From assembly GCF_009914755.1 (NCBI RefSeq), contig NC_060938.1: a DNA stretch of 64,000 nucleotides, one strand, 5' to 3'. The stretch is from the human T2T-CHM13v2.0 reference genome, Homo sapiens. Below are positions 17,080 to 31,530 of the stretch, piece after piece. Positions within the stretch are counted from its first letter, which is position 1. Each line of letters opens with the position of its first letter. A program made the translations under genes and the position numbers. The notes under the pieces are model-generated. The model was not told the origin of the DNA. It saw nothing but the letters and a program-made list of their open reading frames with translations, and ran no database searches.

Positions 17080-17376
17080 TTAGGGTCAGCAGAGAAGAAT
17101 GTTAGCTCTGGCTAATGGGCATAACCTCCTCCAGGATGCTCAGGAAGAACTTTAGAACAAAGGATAGCACTCAGAGTTCAGTCCTCAGCTCCCCCTTATC
17201 TGAGATGTACATGACAGTGGATCCATTTGGTGGGGGACCAGGTTTCTGAAAAACAACTCGGAGACATATATTAAGATGTTATCTTTAGTTTCTATAGGGA
17301 ACCAAAAACCTTGTGACTTCAGCTTCCTTAGCTATTGTTTTAAGCTACTACTCCCTTCTTGGTCATCAAGTTGCTC

Positions 17377-17643
17377 ATTTACTTCTCAGGGGTACCTAGG
17401 TACCTGGAATTTCCCCTGAAGGAACTCAAGATTTTCCTTTATTTCCATGCTTGTGGGTTTGGGAGTGGACCAGCAGGCTCCTAAGAGGGGTCCCTACTTC
17501 ATCTCAAAAAGACATGTACAAAAAAGTTTGTGGAAACATTATTCTTATAGCCCAATTTGGGAAGCAGCCAAATATTTATCAACAGTAGAATGCTCTCTTC
17601 CTCCTACCCCTGCCCTCAATTGGAGGCTGTTCCTTAAAAATCA
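17377..17643 (+). repeat. Source copy of the inverted duplication at 12043-12309
   Basis: Spans LTR end, L1 fragment and unique DNA in their native context. Confidence 0.93.
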
Positions 17644-17829
17644 AACAGGTTCAACAGCCTGCTTGATTTACAAGTTGAACCTCCATTAAATTCCACATAC
17701 CTTGCAAGGCCTCCTCTTGAAGCCCCTTTAAGTCCCTCACACCTAATTTTCAATGGAAAATGGAGCAGGGAGCTGAAGAAGAGGAGGAAGATAGAGGGAA
17801 ACAGGTGCCTGTTGAAAACACTGAAAGTC

Positions 17830-18330
17830 CCAGACAGAAGATATTTCATTATCCATCGCTGTGTGGCAAACCTCCCCAAGTGAGTGGTTTGACCAACCAT
17901 GGGTGTTTCTCACAATGCTGTGAATTTCCTGGGCTCAGCTGGCAGTTCTTTGGCTCAACTCAGTGTCAACTGCTGACGCTTGTGACTGCATCCAGCTGTA
18001 GCCTTGGCTTGGGCTTTACTCAGTACCTGGCACTAGGAATCCAGTCATCTAGGAATGGCTGGGCCTGTCTCTCCAGCTGAGTGGTCACCCTTCTTACGTG
18101 GTGTCTAGGGGATCCAGAGAGAGGAAGCTGAAGTTCCTAAGCTTCTGACAGCCTAAGCCTGGAACTAGTACAGCATCGCTCCCACCATATTCTGCTGGTC
18201 AGAGCAAGTCTCAGGGTCATCCAAGATTCAAGGAGAGAGGAAATAGGCTTCATCTCTTAATGGGAAAAACAGCAAGTGCTTACAAGGATGGGAGCAATTT
18301 GTTTGAAATCATCTTTGGAACCTATGTACC
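17830..18330 (-). mobile_element. Old MLT1-type MaLR LTR
   Basis: ccatattctgctggtcagagcaagtc...agattcaaggagagagg...catctcttaatggga motif. Confidence 0.55.
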
Positions 18331-18917
18331 ACAAGCAACAGGAGGAGAGGAGAGAAGTCTGCATTGCAGACATGGGATCTGAATTTAGCCAAGCCTCCAC
18401 AACCTGTGAAGATTGCCTGGCTTATTGAAGCTTCAGTTTCCCCACCGATAACTTGAAAAGCTTGGACTAGAATGTCATGAAGTCTGTCCAGCTTTGAGAG
18501 TTGTGGTTTCATAATCCACATAAATACAATGGGCCCAGTGAGGACCCAGGGCCTCCTGCTGATCTTCTAAGTCTTCCATCATTGAACCCACTTCCCATCC
18601 CCCACCTCACCCCTCAAGAATAATCCACAGGAGTCTGTTCTTGCCTCCTTTCTTCATCCCAGTTGACATTGGAGGGGCTTTTTACCAAAAAAAAAAAGTC
18701 TGCCAATTCTTTTGTAGTTTCATCCCACATGAGAAGGCTTAAACTGTTAGCATCAAAAAGATTGTGGGAAAGTATATGCAAGTCAAGCTTTGGTTCCTCG
18801 GAGTATTGAGAAGAATGAATCAAGAGGTATGCTGCAGGTATCTGTGCAGGTGTTTGACTGCAACTTGAGAAAACCTGCTGAGAAACATATTTTTCTCAGT
18901 TTAAAAATAATGAAAGA

Positions 18918-19387
<470 letters not shown>

Positions 19388-19399
19388 AGTAATGAAAGA

Positions 19400-19516
19400 G
19401 GCTGGTCTGAAGGTAGTGAGTTATTTCAATTGATTGTTCACAGTTACAGATAGCACTCTTTGTTCTACTCCTTCCCCCATTCTCACTACTGCACTTGGCT
19501 AGTCTTTAAAAAAAAA
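19400..19516 (+). pseudogene. Y RNA (hY1/RNY1-derived) processed pseudogene
   Basis: ggctggtctgaaggtagtgagttatttcaattgattgttcacagttacagat...ttctcactactgcacttggctagtcttt matches hY1 with a 4-nt internal loss; A9 tail; TSD agtaatgaaaga. Confidence 0.92.
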
Positions 19517-20449
19517 GTAATGAAAGATAAAACATTAGAAAATAATTAAATCATTTGTGTTATCATCACCTCGAAATAACCTGATTGAAAATTTCGTGTA
19601 TTTTTCCCCCCTTTTCTATGTATGTCCGTGGCAGACATTGTCATTTCTGAGGTCCATCTCTTCCCCCAAGGGAATCTGATGAATCCTGACCAGAGGAATC
19701 TTTCCTCTTATAGATAATTGGTTTTCGGAGTATGCATGTAACTTGGGCTGGTCAGTGGTATATAATGACAATTTTGCCAAAGGATTTCTGGAAAGGATAC
19801 ACAAAGTAGGAAACCATTTTTCTGACTCTGGACACTGGTGTGTGAGGGAGTGGTTCCTGTAACTCTTGGTATGAAGGGAGCCAGCTGACATGGTGATGGG
19901 GCCAGAGCTGGGAAGGAGTCGGTCTTGATTCATGCATCATATTCTAAAGTCACCATGTTAACCATCCCTGGAGCTGCCCTCTCTCTCAATTTCATGTTCT
20001 AGGAGCTAGCCCCTGCATGTTTAAGCCACCTCTATTTATGATTTGCTGTTCCTGGCAGCCAAAAGCATTTTAATTGCTGCAGTATATAGCTACATAAATA
20101 TATTTTACAAAGTTTATTCCTTCATCCAACAAATATTTAATGAGGATGCCCCATATGTCAGGCGTGACTCATGCTGCAGACACACTGCAGACACACAAAG
20201 TTGCTCTGCTTTTTTCCACTTAACATTTTCACCAGTCATTGAGAACTCTTTAGATACACAATTTTAATGGCTACTTGATTTAGTCATTTCCCCATTATCT
20301 GATATTTAGGTTGCTGAGGATTTTCATCATTAAAAGTAAAGACATGGTGAACATCCATGTGCATAATTGGTCACATTAGTCATAATTTGGGAGACATATT
20401 CCTAAAAGCAAAAAAAAAAAAAAAAAAAAAAAAAGGATACCCTGATGTG

Positions 20450-20767
<318 letters not shown>

Positions 20768-21019
20768 TGATGTGATTATTATGCATTGTATGCCTGTCTC
20801 AAAATATCTCATGATACACCTACTCTGTACCCATAAAAATGAAAAATAAAAATAAATATATAAATAAAAACAGAAAAAAAGTGTCTGACACATATTCCCA
20901 AATTGCTTTCCAGACAGTTTATACCAATTTTTATGTCCTCGTGTAGCATTTGAGAGTTGCCTCTGCATATAAGAACACTCTTGAAATACACAATGCTTTT
21001 TTCTACCCTCAAGTATTTC

Positions 21020-21495
21020 TAGAAAAAAAAAACCTGATTAAAGTCTACAGGACACAACAAATCAAGGGCATACCAAATGAGAGGGGAGATTGTTAATGAA
21101 TGAAAGAGGCTGAAGAGCTCTGCTAAATGTGGGTGCAGCCTGTTGGATCTTGATTCATACAAATCATCCGTAAAAAGATAATTTTGAGAAACCTGAATAT
21201 GGACTGGGTATTATTTGATATTAAGGAATTAGTATTAATGTCATTAGGTATGGTAATGGCACAGTGGTTATGTTTGAAAAATAAAGGCCTTGGCAGTTAA
21301 AGATGTGTCTTTATTAATCAAAGAAATGGTATGTTATCTGGGATTAACTTTACAATACACCAGCAAATAAAGGGGATGGGTTGGGGTGGGATGGGAGAAG
21401 CATGGTTGACAGAATGTTGATAATTTGGAAAATAGGAGTTTATTATACTTTCTGCTCTGCCTTTGTGCCTGTTTGAAAAATATCATAATACAAAG
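21020..21495 (+). mobile_element. Old L1MC/ME 3'-end fragment
   Basis: tgaatatggactgggtattatttgatattaaggaattagtattaat motif. Confidence 0.6.
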
Positions 21496-22994
21496 CTTTT
21501 ACTTTTTTTTTTTTACCTTAATTGAATTTTGAAAAAAAATACGTAGTTGACAGCATATACATAAAAGGCTGGGAGACTATGGGCCTGCTCTTCATGGGCT
21601 GAGTGAAGTGTTCTGTGGGGGTGGACTGGGACCTTGGCAGTCCCTAGTAGCTTTATTCCTAGCCCCAAGGACAGCAGAGAGCCTGGGATTGGTCCCAGAA
21701 TCTGCCCCAGAAATTACAAGCACATTAACAGAGGTCTGAAATGATTTAAAGGAACTAGACCAAATCAGCTGTGAGTTTCACTGGCCTCCAAGCCAATCTC
21801 ATTCGCCGTTGGTTCTCGATCCACTCATCAGCTCCCAGACTCGGGCTGAACACCAATCAGATAACTTCAGGCTTGAAGCACAGGGAATATATTACGTATT
21901 GAAAGGTACCACCTGTGACTGTCAGTTTCATTTGTATACCTACAAAATATGGGGAGACTGAAATGCATGGGGCATAACAGCTTTTAAACTGATGTAATTA
22001 TATCATTTGTTGGAAGAGACATATATACATTCAGAAATATGTTTTATATGTTTTGGTACATGAAAATTTTAAGGTTTTAGCTTGTGATGCCAGCCAAACC
22101 CTGCCCCCCCTCTCCGGTTTTGGTACCAGGTTTGGCAGCCACTGCGGTCTGGGTGTCTGTATAAAGCATTGAACTATGGACACTTGGCTAATTTCCTTCC
22201 CTCCGTTCTGCTCATGGCTTGTACCTTGACAGTGATGACAATGAGCTACACTCAGCCTAGTCAGGTGGAAAAAAGCACAGGCCTGGGAGACAAGATGATC
22301 TAGGTTCTGATTCTGGTTTTATGACTTTAGGCAAACCACTCAGCTTCTGTAGTTTTTTTCTCATTTGTCAAATGTAACTAGTAGACTAATAATACCCAGC
22401 TCCCCAGTGTGGGTGTGAGGAGTTGCTGACAAGCACACAGGCTGGCAGAGGAAAGGCCTTTGATAATAATCCCTGAGCCCTTTTCCTCTACCAAAAAAGG
22501 ACCCTGAGGGTTATTATTCACCATCTGAGCCATCTTCAACTCTCAGCATTATGGGGCTCAAAAAAGGGGAGGGTTTCTATGGAAAAGCCTGCATTATTAG
22601 CTTACTTACACACTTTTCAGCGCTGAGAGTAGTAAAACCACCTCTCACACCTCCAACTGCAGACATGAGGAAGCTGTCTCCCTTTGCTTCCATAAATACC
22701 ACCATTTGTACCATTTTCTGTTATTTTTGCTGATAGGAGAGATGGCAGTCATCCATCAAACAGTAGATAACCAAAAGTCATGATTATCCCTCCTTTAACA
22801 AAATTGAATATGTTAAAACCAAAAAAATAAGATAGAATCTAGAAATGTTAAATCTCTGGAACATGTCACTAGAAACCTCATTCACTGGAAAAATCAGCTC
22901 ATCAAGTGTATCTGCTGGCATCAGCACTTCACTGTCTGTGCCTATGTCACTCATCCCAAAGTGAGGCTGCATTTGGGCCCCTAAACCCAGATAA

Positions 22995-23333
<339 letters not shown>

Positions 23334-23413
23334 CACTGTGGCTTGTTTTGTAGATAGTTAGTCTCAGCCTTGGATGCTGGGGTCAAGGACTATGTCTGTG
23401 TCATCTTCTTTGG

Positions 23414-23759
23414 CCATCTTAGTCCACATGGGCTGCTATAAGAAAATACTGAAGACTGGGAGGTTTATCCACAATAGAGGTTTATTTTTCATGATTCTGG
23501 AGACTGGGAAGTCCAAGATCAAGGCATCAGCAGGTTGAGTATCTTGCGAGAGCCCTGCTTCCTCATACATGGCACCTTCTTGTGTCCTCCCAGGGAGGAA
23601 GGAATGGATGAATCACCTCTTTTATAAGAGCACTAATCCCATTCATGAGAGCACCACACTCACCTCTCGCAAAGACACCACCTCCTAATACCATCACCTT
23701 ATGGGTGATGGATCTCAACATATGAATTTGGGGGGCACATAAACACTCAGACCACGGCA
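23414..23759 (-). mobile_element. MLT1A/MST-type MaLR LTR
   Basis: tcttagtccacatgggctgctataagaaaatac...aacactcagaccacggca. Confidence 0.75.
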
Positions 23760-24687
23760 GTGGCCCAGACATGTAGTGAGGGCCTTGAACTTAACAGGTG
23801 CTCAGTAAATTATTGCTATCACTTTGGCTGGGAGCAAATCCCTAGCAACTCCTGTAGCTCAGCTTTCTGAGAGTAGAATGACTAAATCACCTCTAAAACA
23901 GGTAAGGACTACCTGAGAATGTTCTTTTCTAATTGTCTGAAAGGACCCTCCCCCAGCCCACACATCTCTCTTCATGTTTCTGAACCTTCCCTATTTTCAT
24001 CGACTTCATCCGGCTTCTAGAATAAATGGCCCCAGACAAATGTTTCCCCCTTTTTCTGCCCGTTTGCTGCATTCAGTTCCCTGTGTTTAGTAACTACAGC
24101 AGCAATACTCTCTGGTCTTGCAGCTTTGGGGTCTACATTGAGCCTCCACTGCCAAGAATTGCTGAGGGACTTTGATTTTGAAGAGTTCCCAGAGAAGAGA
24201 TGATGGTCTGATTTTCTGTCTAGCATGAAGGGCCCTAAGTAATTCTCAATGGAACTATTCCCTGTCCCTCGATCCTCCCTTCCCAAATCATCCTGGCAAT
24301 TCCTTTCCATCCCATCTAGCTCAAAAGCTATACTTGGTATCTTCCTCTAGTTTCCTGACTACATGCTGTTAATTTCTTACCCAAATGCAGCTCCTTGTGT
24401 GCTGAGAAAGGAAAATTGTATTTAGTTCTGAATGGTAATACAGTATGCACACCTGGATGTTTGGGAAAGGTGGCCCCTTGGCTTGACTTGAGCAGACCAG
24501 CAGGTCATAACCCCAAAAGCCCACACATTTCAAGGTCTGGTCTGAACACTTCCAGGGTGCACTGGGAGGCAGCCGTTGACCGAGCTGTAGCAACAAGGAA
24601 CTATATCAGCTTGGTGACAAGTGGGGTATTATCAGGAGGGAGGATCATGAGAGAGCTCTTGTGATCCAAACGATGGGACCCAAGTTA

Positions 24688-25106
<419 letters not shown>

Positions 25107-25549
25107 TCAGAGTGACTCTGATGCCAACCCCTCCACCCATCAGCCTTCTCATGTTTACTGAATCATTTGCTTGGAAAGAACCCTCATCCCTCTGATGAGA
25201 GTGGGCTGACCCTCATTGCCCTTTCATGAGAAATCCTGAATGTATCATTGCTCTCTTTTCTATTTCTGTTTTTCTTAGTAACATCCATTGTTCTACAATA
25301 TGCATTCTTAACGGTATGCCTGTGTGCACAGGTAGAAAGGTCAGGAGGGTGGAAATGTGAACAGTTAGAGGCAAAGGCAAAATGAACGTTTTATAGTTTA
25401 TCAATGTATAGCATCCAATACTTCTGTTATTATTCCAAAAGCATGAAGTGTGTGTTTGAAGAATTTTGTTTAAAAGATGGGTAGATCTTGAGCAAATTTC
25501 TCATTTCTATGTATGCTAGAAATGCCCATAATCCCAGTGCTTTGGGAGG

Positions 25550-25862
25550 CTGCTGTTTCTCTGCCTGGAACATCCCGACTTCTCCATCCCACCACCACCA
25601 CACACATACACCCTTCTTGCCTGCCTAACTCCTCTAGCTTTTGGGTCTCCCTGCTTCATCTTTTCTAAGCCCCACTTCTTAGATGGGTTCCCCTCTTAGG
25701 AGTTCCCATAGAATCCTGTACTCCCTCTAGCACCACACTTACCACACAATATCATCATCATCTTACTGGACTAGGGCTCCATGAGGGCAGGGACCAGAAC
25801 TGTCTTTTCCACAGTTCTATCCCCAGGTCAATAAGTGTTTGCAGAATAAATGAATTCTGATG
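25550..25862 (+). mobile_element. L2 3' fragment
   Basis: ctctgcctggaaca...ctccatgagggcagggacc...aataaatgaat. Confidence 0.6.
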
Positions 25863-26248
25863 AGTCTGTATAAGCCTCTTCTTTGTATGAGCCTTTGCTT
25901 CTCTCTCTAAACATGATCTGTTGAGTATGGTTGTTCAGGTTGTGGACTGTACAAGGATATCTAGCAGAGAAGGGAAAGGAGGCTGAAATCCAGCCCACAT
26001 TCTTGTCACCAAGCCATTTTTTGCTGGCTGTGTCCACCATGAGGATGAGGTGCTATTCTCCTGATTTGCACAATAGCACCACACAGGCTTTCAGCAGCCT
26101 AGCTCTGAACAACACTTAGTGTCTTCAAAAGCAGGTGAGAATTCTCCTGCTCATTCCTAGAAAGACTAAGGCTGAGTGATTTTATGAAACTCTCTTTAGG
26201 TCCTTTGCCAGCCATCAAAGCCAAGACCTAGACCCCATTCACAGCAAA

Positions 26249-26288
26249 GATTTCTCTTACTCTTCTCTCATTTTTCTCTCCTGCAGGG
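26249..26288 (+). promoter_or_regulatory. KCNK13: 3' splice site of the KCNK13 terminal exon
   Basis: tttctcttactcttctctcatttttctctcctgcag|GG; phase-1 junction inside the first Gly of the P1 GFG filter. Confidence 0.9.
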
Positions 26289-27179
26289 TTTGGGATGACA
26301 ACTCCGGCGACAGTAGGAGGAAAAATCTTTCTGATCTTTTACGGCCTTGTTGGGTGTTCCAGCACCATCTTGTTCTTCAACCTCTTCCTGGAGCGCCTGA
26401 TCACCATCATCGCCTACATCATGAAGTCGTGCCACCAGCGGCAGCTCCGGAGACGAGGGGCCCTGCCCCAGGAGAGCCTGAAGGATGCGGGGCAGTGTGA
26501 GGTGGACAGCCTGGCCGGCTGGAAGCCCTCCGTGTACTACGTCATGCTGATCCTATGCACAGCCTCCATCCTCATCTCTTGCTGCGCCTCAGCCATGTAC
26601 ACCCCCATTGAAGGCTGGAGCTACTTTGACTCACTCTACTTCTGTTTTGTGGCTTTCAGCACCATTGGCTTTGGGGACCTGGTCAGCAGCCAGAACGCCC
26701 ACTATGAGAGCCAAGGCCTCTATCGCTTTGCCAACTTCGTCTTCATCCTCATGGGTGTCTGCTGCATCTACTCCTTGTTCAATGTCATCTCTATCCTCAT
26801 CAAACAGTCCTTGAACTGGATCCTGAGGAAAATGGACAGCGGGTGCTGCCCGCAATGCCAGAGAGGACTCTTGCGATCACGCAGGAACGTGGTGATGCCA
26901 GGCAGCGTCCGGAACCGCTGCAACATCTCCATAGAGACAGACGGGGTGGCAGAGAGTGACACGGACGGGCGCCGGCTCTCAGGGGAGATGATCTCCATGA
27001 AGGACTTGCTGGCAGCCAACAAGGCCTCGTTGGCCATCCTGCAGAAGCAACTGTCTGAGATGGCCAATGGCTGCCCCCACCAGACCAGCACACTGGCCCG
27101 GGACAATGAATTCTCAGGGGGGGTGGGAGCCTTTGCAATCATGAACAACAGGTTGGCAGAGACCAGTGGGGACAGGTAG
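26287..27179 (+). CDS. KCNK13: Terminal coding exon of two-pore-domain K+ channel THIK-1 (K2P13.1): end of P1, M2, M3, P2, M4 and cytosolic C-terminus
   Basis: Polypyrimidine tract and ctgcag acceptor end at 26286. The frame reads (G)GG TTT GGG ATG = G-F-G-M, then TTPATVGGKIFLIFYGLVG. Second pore motif is AFSTIGFGDLV and the C-terminus is NNRLAETSGDR-TAG. Recognised as THIK-1. The ORF-track ATG at 26295 is internal; exon 1 lies upstream of the window. Confidence 0.96.
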
Positions 27180-28030
27180 AAGCCAGGAATGGATGCTGGG
27201 CAGAGGCCAGAGTAGAATGGAGGATGATTGCCGCCCAGGGGACGAGCTCAGCCCTGCGCCTTGGCTCTGTTCCTTCTGGGAGCTGTTCCCGGGAGCCTCC
27301 GCAAGCATCTTTAGAAATCTGATCTCGGCTCCAACCAACAGCCACCTTCCAGGGATGGGGGGCCTGAAGCCTCGATGCTTGTCTCCTGATCCTTATTCTT
27401 TAAGTCTAAATTCAGTCTTTTCAAAACAAATCACAAAAGCAGCATTAGACATTGCCTTGTTTCATTAATCTTGTTTCAGAGCTTTAGCTGCCTGAGGAGA
27501 TAGGTTTTCCTTAAGCCTTGATTTCCTGAAGCTCTCTCTGTTCCTTATTTGGGAACAAAAATTGCGAAGACTCATCTTTCCCTAGAACTCTGAATGGATG
27601 AATTTTTAAAAGTGGGGAGAATGTTTGGGGATGTGTCTGGGCTTTCTTTTTGCCAGGCTTCCTTCAAAGCATACCTGCCAATGGTGTCTGCATAGGGAAA
27701 ATGTCTGTTGTACTCTTTATACCTGTTTCTGTTTTTTGTTGTCCCTTTCTTTTTATTTTTAAGGCCTTAATGCCTGGCTGTGGCGTCTGTGAGACCTCAA
27801 TGTAATAAGAAAATTAAATTCAGCTTCAGGCCTTTAAACTGCAGCAAGATGGTGGTGTAGGGGTGTGGGACAGGGAGAGACTCACTTTTGTAACTAAAGA
27901 ACATAGCTTAACATTTTCCCTTTGAATGGTCACACAGACCATTTCATTTTTACCAGGGCTTGGGGACCCAATGCAAAGATGATGACTATTTAATAAAATG
28001 GAAAATTTAATAAATCCTCATTTTATTAAC
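27180..28030 (+). other. KCNK13: KCNK13 3'UTR (end approximate)
   Basis: Repeat-free sequence after the stop codon, ending at tandem AATAAA hexamers. Confidence 0.75.
27992..28014 (+). terminator. KCNK13: Tandem polyadenylation signals AATAAA (27992-27997 and 28009-28014)
   Basis: taataaaatggaaaatttaataaatcc, followed by T-rich sequence; a weaker ATTAAA lies at 27813-27818. Confidence 0.75.
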
Positions 28031-28411
28031 TAAGATTCCATGAGTGCTCATTGTGGCCAGTGGAGGACAAGCACCTAATTAAACAGGCATTTATTGGACT
28101 CAGAGAAAAAGGAAATGGGAAATTGACCTTCACGGATATGAGCGTCATTTTGGTGTCCTGACTGGAGAAACATTCTAGGCCAGATAATGAAATCCGGCTT
28201 TTTTTCCTTTGTGCCTTCTGAGACTGTAACGATTCTAGTTTTATAACCTCCCTACTAGATTAATCATCCACACTAGGAACAAAGGCTGTTGACCTTCATA
28301 TACACAGGAGAATGCATTTGGGGGGATGACAGCAGTGTTCAAAAATGATAGCTGTTGTTTTTCTAAGGTAAGAGTGGTACAAACACAGCCCTTTCAGAAT
28401 TGATGAGGAAA

Positions 28412-28780
<369 letters not shown>

Positions 28781-29499
28781 TTAGAGCTGGTGGAGGACCC
28801 CTTAGAAACCATCTCATCCAGCCTCCTTGTTTTTGACACCAAGAAACAGGCACAGGGTTTGTCCCTTGTCTGAGGCCTTAGGGGTGGATAGTGTACAGCT
28901 GGGGAAGGAACCTAGGGCTCCTGATGGTGAAGTCCAGGCTGTTGTCCCCTACTCCACACAACCTTGCCCCGTTCCTCAACAGGTCCCTCTTCAGGCTCAG
29001 TTGCCTTTCCTTCCAGCTCGCAAACCCAGATATTTTCTTTACAGTACCAGAAGTGCCTGATAGAAGTTCGACAAGCAGCAACACTGGGCTTTGAATTTAG
29101 TGCTGCACGGCTCCAAAGTCAGAGATCTTAAAGTATTCTCTATATCACTCTTAAAGGGAAAGCATCCTGGAGCTACTGCAAAATGCTTGTTAGGAACCTG
29201 TGACCCCAAACAGAGCTTCTCATGGGCTCTGTACCGTACCAGGTGCTGTGGGGATGGAAAGAGGAGCACCTATGGGATTCCTTGATCTCCATATTTCTAG
29301 TACATGGGTTGGAGTAAAGCAAGTGGTTGCATCTCCAACACAGGTTCCTGGAGGCCCTGATGGTGTGCTGGAGGCCAAGGAACATCAGCATACCCAAGGC
29401 TCATCTTCCTAGAGGGTCAGTTGTACTAAGCAATTTTTGCAGAGAGATGTTATATCAAAACACATGACTTTCTTTAAATAAGATCCAAAATGGGCATAA

Positions 29500-29637
<138 letters not shown>

Positions 29638-30559
29638 TAAGCAAGTTGTTTAGTAAAAGGAGGTGTTAAAGACATGCTAGCATCAAGCAGAGACTTTCTC
29701 TGTGATGTAACCAAAAGGACTGGAAGAGTCTTGCAAAGGCAATAAATTTCTCACTGTGTGATTAATTAATTCCACACTTGAGGGCCCCTAAAATCATCTC
29801 ATGTTCTACCCAAATCATTGGTACACATCCCACATGTGGGGCAACAACATTCAAATCACAAAATACCCCAGAGAAAGCACAGTTTCTGAGGTCTGGCCAA
29901 CCACATAGTGAAGAACAGTTCTTGGCGTCAACATACTTGGTTTGAACACCAGTCCTGATAGTTCCAATGTGGGAGAGGTTGGGCAAGTGTGTCAACCTCA
30001 TTGTGCCCCATGTGGAAATGGTAACAACACTGGCTACCTCGCAAAGCTGTGGAGAGGGTCAAATGAGATGAGCCTCAGGGGAGGCTTTGTGAACCCCCAG
30101 GAAAGGCACAGACTGTGGGCACTGATGGGCCACATGCCGGGGCGACGGGGGGATGCTGCATCCAGCAGTGAAAGTCTTCGTTTTGTTCTTGCACCTGGTA
30201 TCTAACACTAGCCACATGGTTTCAAGGATGGCTCTTGATTATTAAATGGTGCCACTCCTGGTGATACAGTTATACCAAACCACAAACTGCGAAGTATTTC
30301 TTTCTCTTCCACTGGGTCTTTTTATTTCAATATCAGCTGAGGCTATTGAACCATTTGACATAGTAAAATGTTTTGGAAAGGCTGTAGTAATATCCTGTAT
30401 CTTACTAGCATTTTTACGGTTTTTAAGTCTTACCTGTTCATAATTATAATATTTTGACCTTCATAACCACATTGTAGATTTCTAGCCTAGAAGTAGGCAG
30501 GGCACTTATCTTCAAACTGCCCTTGATCTTTTCCAGAATAAGAGGGATAAATAATTATT

Positions 30560-31055
30560 TTATGTATGAGTTGACTGGGATTCAGATTGACAGTGGTTCT
30601 AGAATAAGCTTTGAAATTATTTACTGTGGTGTTTTACTGGTAATTTTCTATTTCCCTGATTTCTTCTGCATTTATTAATTGGAATTCTTCTGTGTGGAAG
30701 AGATTTTTCCTTCTCTATTGTTTTAAAACGTTAAAGAACTTTCTTCAACATTTCTCATAGAGTACGTTTTCTGGCAGTGAGTTCCCTCAGTTTTTGTTTG
30801 TCTGAGAAGGCCTTTGTTTCTTCTCTATTTTTGAAAGGTGTTTTTGATGGATATAGAATTTTGTATTGACAGGCATTTTGTAAAAATAAGCACTTTAATG
30901 ATGTCACACCAGTGTCTTCTGACTTGTATGGTTTCATATGAGAGGTCGGCTGTAACTCCTTTCTTGTTCCTGTGAATGTAATATTCCTTTTTTCTCTGGC
31001 TGCCTTCAAGATTTTGTCTTTTGTTTTCTGCAGTTTGAATATAGTATGTCTAGAT
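30560..31055 (-). mobile_element. Old L1M fragments including an ORF1 piece
   Basis: Minus translation KDKILKAAREK...ILYPSK resembles L1 ORF1. Confidence 0.7.
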
Positions 31056-31057
31056 GG

Positions 31058-31082
31058 GTGTGTGTGTGTGTGTGTGTGTGTG
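31058..31082. repeat. (TG)n microsatellite
   Basis: Direct inspection. Confidence 0.95.
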
Positions 31083-31084
31083 CA

Positions 31085-31530
31085 TATTGTAAAACCAAAG
31101 TAATAATTGCCACAAGCAAGATCCACTGATGGATGCTAAAATTAAGGGTGTAGAAGTTTAAGCCAAAAGGGATATTTGCAGTCTCAAAGGATCTCGACCA
31201 AAATAGTTGGTAATTACAAAGAGAAAAATAGTAACTTTACAGTGGAGAATTCTGGCAGATATCAAATTAATCAAGTGACCAGAGTTAACCTCGCCATTAG
31301 CACCTACCCATCATGCACCACCTGATTTGATGCATTGAGAAGGCCCAGCATCTCTGTGGAGTCCTTCACAAGAACTTCAATCTAATCACGGAAAAACACC
31401 TGACAAACCCCGAATCGAGGGGCATTCTACAAAGCAATCAATACTCTCTTCAAAAATCTCAACATAGGAGATATAAGTAAAGCCTGATGAACTGCTATAG
31501 ATTGGAGGAGACTGAGGAGGCCCGATAAAT
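31085..31530 (+). mobile_element. L1MC/MD-type 3'-end fragment
   Basis: aatagtaactttacagtggagaa..ctggcaga; gacaaaccc..atcgaggggcattctacaaa. Confidence 0.6.

Noticed and set aside
19400-19507. Functional RNY1 gene
   Set aside because: A tail, TSD, substitutions and no upstream type-3 Pol III promoter indicate a retrocopy
26295-27179. 294-aa ORF as a complete single-exon gene
   Set aside because: It lacks M1 and P1 and is preceded by a canonical acceptor; it is a terminal exon
26608-27468. Alternative-frame and antisense ORFs over the KCNK13 exon
   Set aside because: Expected shadows of a GC-rich coding exon; no independent support
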